A stretch of DNA of 39,639 bases from an uncultured bacterium. Lineage in GTDB: Bacteria > Spirochaetota > Spirochaetia > B11-G9. Position numbers and translations under genes: made by a program. The stretch covers positions 1 through 39,639 of the forward strand of contig CBDVAD010000001.1 of the NCBI GenBank assembly GCA_965371875.1, in the 5' to 3' direction. Position 1 is the first letter of the stretch. Every line of letters begins with the position of its first letter. The notes under the pieces were generated by a model that was not told the origin of the DNA, made no database searches, and worked only from the letters and a program-made list of their open reading frames with translations. This document shows positions 35,801 to 39,639 of this stretch, one piece after another.

Positions 35801-38800
35801 CTTTAGTGGGAAAACTTGATCTTACCCCTTCTGCTCTTCCTTCCAATGCAGAAGATAATCCATTTTTTTCCATTATCAATCCTCTTGGAATTGATGATGC
35901 CATAAGTTATACAAACGGTATATCAATCAATCTGGGAGCCAGTCTGCATTTAAATTTTAAAGCCTACCTGGTATTACTCAGGTTTGGGTTTGATGTAATT
36001 CCAGGTATAAACGGGTCTTATGCTGTGAGTACAACCAGCCTTTCCATGAAGGATATTAATGGAGATGGTCTTCCAGATCATGTTCTTAAAAGAACTGGAA
36101 GTGATGAGTTAAAGATAAAAATCAATAGTATGGGAATGACAGGCCTCCTTAATAAAATAACCATGCCCACAGGTGGAAACATGGACCTCGAATACGGCCG
36201 AAGGGGAAACACTGTCGACATGCCTCAGAACCGATATGTCCTTACTAAAGTAACAAAGAACGACGGTTATCAGGATGATCCGACTATGGCAGGAGAACAC
36301 AGTTACACGGAAACCTTTGACTACAAAGATGGATACTATGACAGAGGAGAGAGGAAATTCTACGGTTTTCATGAAGTATCAGTAACCAAAGGAGACGGAT
36401 CTGTTACAACAACAATCTATAATAATGATAATTACTATACAAAAGGACTTGTTTCTTCAACAGTAATAGAAAATGAAAACGGAATAACTTTCCTTGAACA
36501 GGAGAACAGCTACAGCCTGAGAAGTATTGGAACCTATACTGACGGAGACGTAAAGTACCCATACCTTTCTACGGAAATAAGCAGAACCTTTGATGTATCA
36601 GATTCTGATGTAATCGAAACAGAAAAACAATACTTTTATGACAGCCTGGGGAATGTTATTCGTATGGAAGATACAGGAATCTACTCAGATCCGGATGATG
36701 ATATAACATTGAATATAATCTATTCAGATGACCATAACAGTAATTATTTAATGAGTCTTCCGACAAGTCTGACAGTAAAAGATTCGACCGGTGATATAAT
36801 AAGAAAAAGAGAAGGAACTTACGACGGAAACGGAAATCTTACTGCCTTAAAAAGCTATTACAACGATTATGACTTCTCTGAATATACCTTCGGATATGAT
36901 GCTAATTATGGAAACTTAAGCTCTGTAGAAGATCCCCTTGGTTATAGAAAAGAATATACTTATGATAATGAAGTTCACCGATATGTAACAGAGATAGATA
37001 CTTCAAGTATTTATGGAGGAGATTCATATACCTCCACTCTAAGCTATGACTACAGATATGGCGTTGAAACATCCCAAACCGATAGTAACGGAAACACCCT
37101 GTCTAAGGAATATGATAATTTTGGACGGCTTAAAACCATAATAAGTCCATACGATACAGGAACGGTTAAAGCAGTGGAATACTCATACCTTACAGATACA
37201 TTTCCCTGGAAGGCACTGACAAAAAACAAGATAAGTTTCGATGCAGCAGACGTAAGTACCATGGACACTTATGTAATAATTGACGGCCTAAACAGAATAA
37301 TAAGCACAGCCAAAGAGGGAGAAGTCTACAATGAAAGTGGAAACCTGCATGGCTGGAACAAAAGCGGATATGTAAGCTATGACAACAAAGCACGACCAGT
37401 TGAAGAGGGCCAGACAGTCTTCGAAGAAACAAGCACTTCACCTGAAGTAGAGAAGACAGCATTACGTCCAACACTAAAAACATACGACGCACTGGACAGA
37501 ATACTAACCATAACCTTTCCTGACGATTCTTTAATAACAAAGATCTATTCTGTAGAGGGAAACATAACAAAAGAAACAGTTACAGATCCCCTTGGTAACA
37601 TAACGGAAACTTATAAAGACATTAGAGGAAATATTGTAAAATTAGAGAAAAAGGACTCAATAGGAACACTCCTGACAGAATCCTTTTACAGCTATAATGT
37701 CCTGGGGGAACTATTAAAAGTGCTGGATGCAAAAGGAAGTGAAGTTACCTTTACCTACGACATTCTTGGAAGAAGACTGACATTGCAAAGTCCGGAAACA
37801 GGATTAACAGAGTTCGAGTATGACAAAGCAGACCACCTTATAAGAAAGGTGGATGCAAACCTTAGAAATGACGGAGCATCCATAAACTACATCTACGGTA
37901 CCCTTGGAAGAATAGAAAAGATAGACTATCCATTTATGACCGATACAAGCTACACTTATGGTGCACAGGGAGATGACTACAACAGGGCAGGCAGAATAGT
38001 AAGAATAACGGACGAATCCGGAAGCACAGAAAACTACTATGGAGAACTCGGAGAAACAACCAGTGTAACAAAAACAATAGGCCGGCTTACACCTTTAGCA
38101 GATGACAAGAGTGCCAGCTTTAACTACACCTTCGACTACCAGGGAAGAATGGAAGCCATAACCTACCCCGATGGAGAGGTTGTAAGTTACGAGTACAACA
38201 GAGGCGGAGAAGTAGAAAAAGTAAGCAGTGTCCACAACGGTCTTTCTACAACCTACATAGAAAACATAGGTTACGACGAATACGGCCAGAGAGCATACAT
38301 AAAATATGGAAACGGAATAGAGACAAAGTATACCTACGATGAGGACCGGCGCTGGCTTAACAATATAGAAACCAAAAGTACTCTTAATACCTTACAGGAC
38401 ATTGATTACACCTTTGACAAAACAGGTAATATCCTGGCAATAGTAAACATATCGGGAAGGTATACAACGAACCAGAACTATGAGTATGACGGACTATATC
38501 AGCTGACAAAGGGAGAAGGATACTTCGAAGACAGGGAGTACGGCTTTACTAGTGGAACCTCCAGGTACATCCAGAACTTCAGCTATGACAGCACAGGAAA
38601 TATCCTCTCAAAGACAAGCAGTAACATGGTTACCCCTTCCGGCGGAGTAAGTGCTCTTAACTACAATTACAGCTATACATATTATACTGATAAACCAAAA
38701 CAGGCAGAAATAATTGGAAATTTATGGTATCTTTATGATGGTAACGGGAATATAATAGAAGAACGTGCAGGCGGCCATAGTACTGAAGGTATACAGGGCA

Positions 38801-39639
38801 GTGGAACAATTACAAAAAACGGGAAAATTACAGAAATGAACAGAGGCATAGCCCTTACAAGAAATACAGAAGAAGTAGATAACGTCTATAAACGAACCTA
38901 TGTCTGGGATGAAGAGAACCGTCTTAAGACAACAATAGACTCACAAACAGTAGAATACCGCTACGACAGCACAGGTGAACGGACAAACAAGATGTCTGAT
39001 GATGGAGGAGAGACTCTCTACTTCAACAGCATGTGGCTGGCTGCAGAAGACAGTTACGACTTCAGGCAGAGTAAAAATATCTATCTTGGAGAAACAAGAA
39101 TAGCTACACGGCTTAACATGGAAAGCGATCCTTCCACAGGTTATGAAGCGGTGAATACCTACTACTATCATCCGGATCATCTGGGCAGCAGTAATATTGT
39201 AACAACTCCGGATGGAGACGTGTTTGAGCATATTGAATACACCCCATATGGTGAGACATGGATTGAAAAGAGTGATGATATGTTTGATATGCTGCCCTAT
39301 AAATTTACCGCAAAGGAACTTGATGATGAGACGGGGCTCTACTACTACGGAGCGAGGTATCTGAATCCGAGGACTTCAAGGTGGATCAGTTCTGATCCGG
39401 CAATGGATGGAATTAATTGGTATGCATATGCAAATAATAATCCAGTGAAGTATATCGATCCTACTGGTTTAGAACCCATAATAGCAGATGATATTAATGG
39501 GCAACCAATATTAGAAAGAAAATATAAACCTGCTGGAGTCGATAATAAAATAATCAGAGAAAAATATGGTTATGGGAATGAATTTGATTCTACCAGCACA
39601 AAAGAATATATGACCATGGAAAATGGTCAAACTTTTCCT
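29896..39639 (+). CDS. Giant secreted TcB/TcC-like RHS polymorphic toxin, 3'-partial (>3,248 aa): signal peptide + SpvB-like + FG-GAP + RHS/YD shell + RHS core + start of the C-terminal toxin module
   Basis: It is not in the ORF track. Manual translation of every line from 29881 to 39639 in the frame of ATG 29896 (AGGAG at 29881-29885) found no stop. The last complete codon ends exactly at 39639. Motifs are listed in the findings. Confidence 0.9.
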   Translation, partial: MNNIRKNISFTILVLFIMSIVPFPLLADNAEVYKDIFTHKTPAERYIPVAVVASPSENEVPESAAETQTLASLQKQRPVSDSPVEFYSQKITPDVESILVYDGIKLEIPAGAVDKEVTIEIIKLKSAPRVNETIRNVTTGAESYRFLPDGIHFKKNIKISIPFSKALLESETALSNLFTYFFDENSNTWERLPRIEIDKEKTVVVSLTDHFTDMINGTLKMPESPGPVNFDINSIKNLEAANPSSGVMNLKGFTPDSQGSASFQIALNLPQGLGSAYPNLSLSYNSDSPNSWMGRGFDISVPSITTDTKFGLPDYDDSDTYILGGEELVLISGSGFPKSYRPRIEKEFKRIIRKLEGGVDYWEVTDKNGRVQTFGTEEGWIGPDRNNHTKTYTWYLTKETDTNGNFVSYIYDYDSDNKYTYLKEIHYSGNNNVSTSNSGPYKVVFNTSESRPDRRIDARGTFVSKLVRRLDSVDIYYNTEVIRTYEFTYEQNEFGQTVLNSFAELDGSGNEFYGYGFDYNKLSIHDAGTGIIAYDGFGDETIEWGAVSGPTFPGLNQTRTFGIGASLYLGVSVDIFKRIRWFKWGWRRLFSLGVSGGVNYSNTITKSTLLDINGDNLPDAVWKDGGVLRGYQNTGNGFDTSTDNDISLPGLPGLLNRNSQLGYNLGLSVTAGVLSGSLSMQNNWMKSKSSFNDIDGDGRIDYLIADSSKYYRNTTDSFTPTDYGTYVSLTQSENINEDDYLRTYYSQEPLRKWKAYTGGRIEISQSMNLLDSSLVSEDGVAAITYPDGGYPEFSIHLSSDQSEGSDTRSYNIEEGDELFFHMDAGIDSREDDINWDINIAYTDINYFEKMDDPSIIKLKELYYNSLPDDRLDRFYNSAYVQYEDDPPKKRWEYTLKSDWRNYLNSTSLAAVIEYGLFVPARISEDIFTGIFNRASDTEIIYTDNNNNSDDKIIPGEKAALIDSFLYRPEFRDFIRLNNGADNVVRNYLLLESSLSQRHSLFYYTDFSGSSVLPEESGGARSFLKSAPLISIEPKIDITEDNMTPGAELYNGEILLDRIYNETGDEVVATLSLVPDNGALQLVSTGSQGSGVIIGSVVTESAGGISASFLRNGIKHSYSLSNPESVLTGLPSDIYDSEVLDAVTSGYDFVYFPSHTSLSISDYNTIYGTIDVQEDKNFFQTVYDRYPEVSDIEEYILKDPMLPEELDHLNVILPGVNLPANYTLLPLLEYASVYNSASTKDKVFLEEIYSRSPEIPPIERYDLVSGISIPDETRLVLIFDTLSDDGVSIHDNPLFLSGNTNSVGIIALSEAEYTDYFEEKADIQSLFNEVVNDDSDTFFILKNNITEAEKNVFETACRQYLRDEIEFPYYEYNEAEGLFTIRSGLNSTELTEISTLFSGLDLSVFTTLNRSLRYYSNAVLPVVYESAAAVSSVDNPVPEGTGPLNHTNPGTVSIPYFDNLGRSSYLIKYIHNYYSESDYSSENLINYPENIYNESALIGTELIENTPEDRIPDSFEIFSGGVAGWYYGVWTGYHGLFQNEKLHAIPPENGPGEVIRPKYFTPMKQNIKDNNDPIKTSVGRDQIFILDKWSLIMDASSYTESDFTEEGEPVSVSYNFAPAIKGNLLHADRNGGDTYFNVPRGSKPMEGGKIGYLSSGKSTSRDIKGSLDFGVGSLSLSLSENEGTSWQYQNVMDINGDRYPDIISYTSDKDGSGSFSVVEGNGTGFGSVVDYSSPVKHLSYSENLTYGFGASPGSHFPGIEPAMSPSGRVKSTGIGTPDSGSGGGFGFSGFNGTAGVSFNTQGFTDVTGDGLPDHIQRSGSGVYNVAINKGDNSFADPAVSFGSGIDEDLYEGTVIASGLSKTAKGISFSNSGSLGTGVSVSIASVGFNASANRTLSQLMDINGDGLSDQVVKKPAEDFFRVRFNMGDEFADDETRIYRPDWDPDGFPDITSALESIIGENSGSFSNLDLPLVGKLDLTPSALPSNAEDNPFFSIINPLGIDDAISYTNGISINLGASLHLNFKAYLVLLRFGFDVIPGINGSYAVSTTSLSMKDINGDGLPDHVLKRTGSDELKIKINSMGMTGLLNKITMPTGGNMDLEYGRRGNTVDMPQNRYVLTKVTKNDGYQDDPTMAGEHSYTETFDYKDGYYDRGERKFYGFHEVSVTKGDGSVTTTIYNNDNYYTKGLVSSTVIENENGITFLEQENSYSLRSIGTYTDGDVKYPYLSTEISRTFDVSDSDVIETEKQYFYDSLGNVIRMEDTGIYSDPDDDITLNIIYSDDHNSNYLMSLPTSLTVKDSTGDIIRKREGTYDGNGNLTALKSYYNDYDFSEYTFGYDANYGNLSSVEDPLGYRKEYTYDNEVHRYVTEIDTSSIYGGDSYTSTLSYDYRYGVETSQTDSNGNTLSKEYDNFGRLKTIISPYDTGTVKAVEYSYLTDTFPWKALTKNKISFDAADVSTMDTYVIIDGLNRIISTAKEGEVYNESGNLHGWNKSGYVSYDNKARPVEEGQTVFEETSTSPEVEKTALRPTLKTYDALDRILTITFPDDSLITKIYSVEGNITKETVTDPLGNITETYKDIRGNIVKLEKKDSIGTLLTESFYSYNVLGELLKVLDAKGSEVTFTYDILGRRLTLQSPETGLTEFEYDKADHLIRKVDANLRNDGASINYIYGTLGRIEKIDYPFMTDTSYTYGAQGDDYNRAGRIVRITDESGSTENYYGELGETTSVTKTIGRLTPLADDKSASFNYTFDYQGRMEAITYPDGEVVSYEYNRGGEVEKVSSVHNGLSTTYIENIGYDEYGQRAYIKYGNGIETKYTYDEDRRWLNNIETKSTLNTLQDIDYTFDKTGNILAIVNISGRYTTNQNYEYDGLYQLTKGEGYFEDREYGFTSGTSRYIQNFSYDSTGNILSKTSSNMVTPSGGVSALNYNYSYTYYTDKPKQAEIIGNLWYLYDGNGNIIEERAGGHSTEGIQGSGTITKNGKITEMNRGIALTRNTEEVDNVYKRTYVWDEENRLKTTIDSQTVEYRYDSTGERTNKMSDDGGETLYFNSMWLAAEDSYDFRQSKNIYLGETRIATRLNMESDPSTGYEAVNTYYYHPDHLGSSNIVTTPDGDVFEHIEYTPYGETWIEKSDDMFDMLPYKFTAKELDDETGLYYYGARYLNPRTSRWISSDPAMDGINWYAYANNNPVKYIDPTGLEPIIADDINGQPILERKYKPAGVDNKIIREKYGYGNEFDSTSTKEYMTMENGQTFP

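Noticed and set aside
30348-39231. Fifteen minus-strand track ORFs of 60-142 aa (for example 34342-34770 and 37190-37570) plus plus-strand 31400-31603.
   Set aside because: All lie inside the 9.7-kb plus-strand toxin ORF and are low-complexity, motif-free shadow ORFs. The plus frame has strong family motifs throughout.
1-39639. Scan for CRISPR arrays, tRNA/rRNA genes, integrase/att sites and prophage or T6SS components.
   Set aside because: I saw no regularly spaced direct repeats, no cloverleaf-compatible or rRNA-like segments, no tyrosine/serine integrase, and no Hcp, VgrG, PAAR, holin or endolysin genes in any frame I inspected. A manual scan cannot fully exclude small RNAs.

Overview
AT-rich bacterial chromosomal window, apparently from a diderm organism: it encodes a secretin, lipoproteins and beta-barrel-like proteins. 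The taxon cannot be assigned from sequence alone. I saw no rRNA, tRNA or CRISPR array. Contents from left to right follow. (1) 1-2.7 kb is a decayed defence/mobile patch. It holds a partial ORF, a CBS-pair+HEPN pseudogene and an Rpn-family PD-(D/E)XK recombination nuclease bracketed by direct repeats, short GC hairpins and a roughly 110-nt GC-rich hairpin. (2) 2.7-9.7 kb holds two divergently transcribed paralogues. One is fused to an HU/IHF DNA-binding domain. The other heads a tightly packed operon of a metallophosphoesterase-type phosphatase, a Hanks Ser/Thr kinase, three FHA-domain proteins and a vWA protein. (3) 9.8-14 kb holds housekeeping genes: a Cys-less ArsC/Spx-like protein, an MBL hydrolase, DAHP synthase, DJ-1/PfpI and acetate kinase. 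GTAG-headed REP-like palindromes sit on their stop codons. (4) 14-25.8 kb is a complete type II secretion-like cluster: a beta-barrel-like protein, a short prepilin peptidase, secretin, ATPase, platform protein, three bitopic assembly proteins, a TPR lipoprotein, GspG and three minor pseudopilin-like proteins. (5) 25.8-26.7 kb is a REP-associated tyrosine transposase (RAYT) flanked by 69-bp direct repeats, with a 28-nt perfect palindrome inside its own coding sequence. (6) 26.7-29.9 kb encodes four envelope proteins. (7) 29,896 to the window end is one uninterrupted 3,248-codon ORF that is missing from the supplied ORF track because it has no stop in the window. It reads as signal peptide + SpvB/TcB-like domain + FG-GAP motifs + RHS/YD shell + DPxGL core + the start of a C-terminal toxin module. 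The main hypothesis to test is that the T2SS-like cluster, the envelope genes and this giant Tc/RHS-type toxin form one functional locus.
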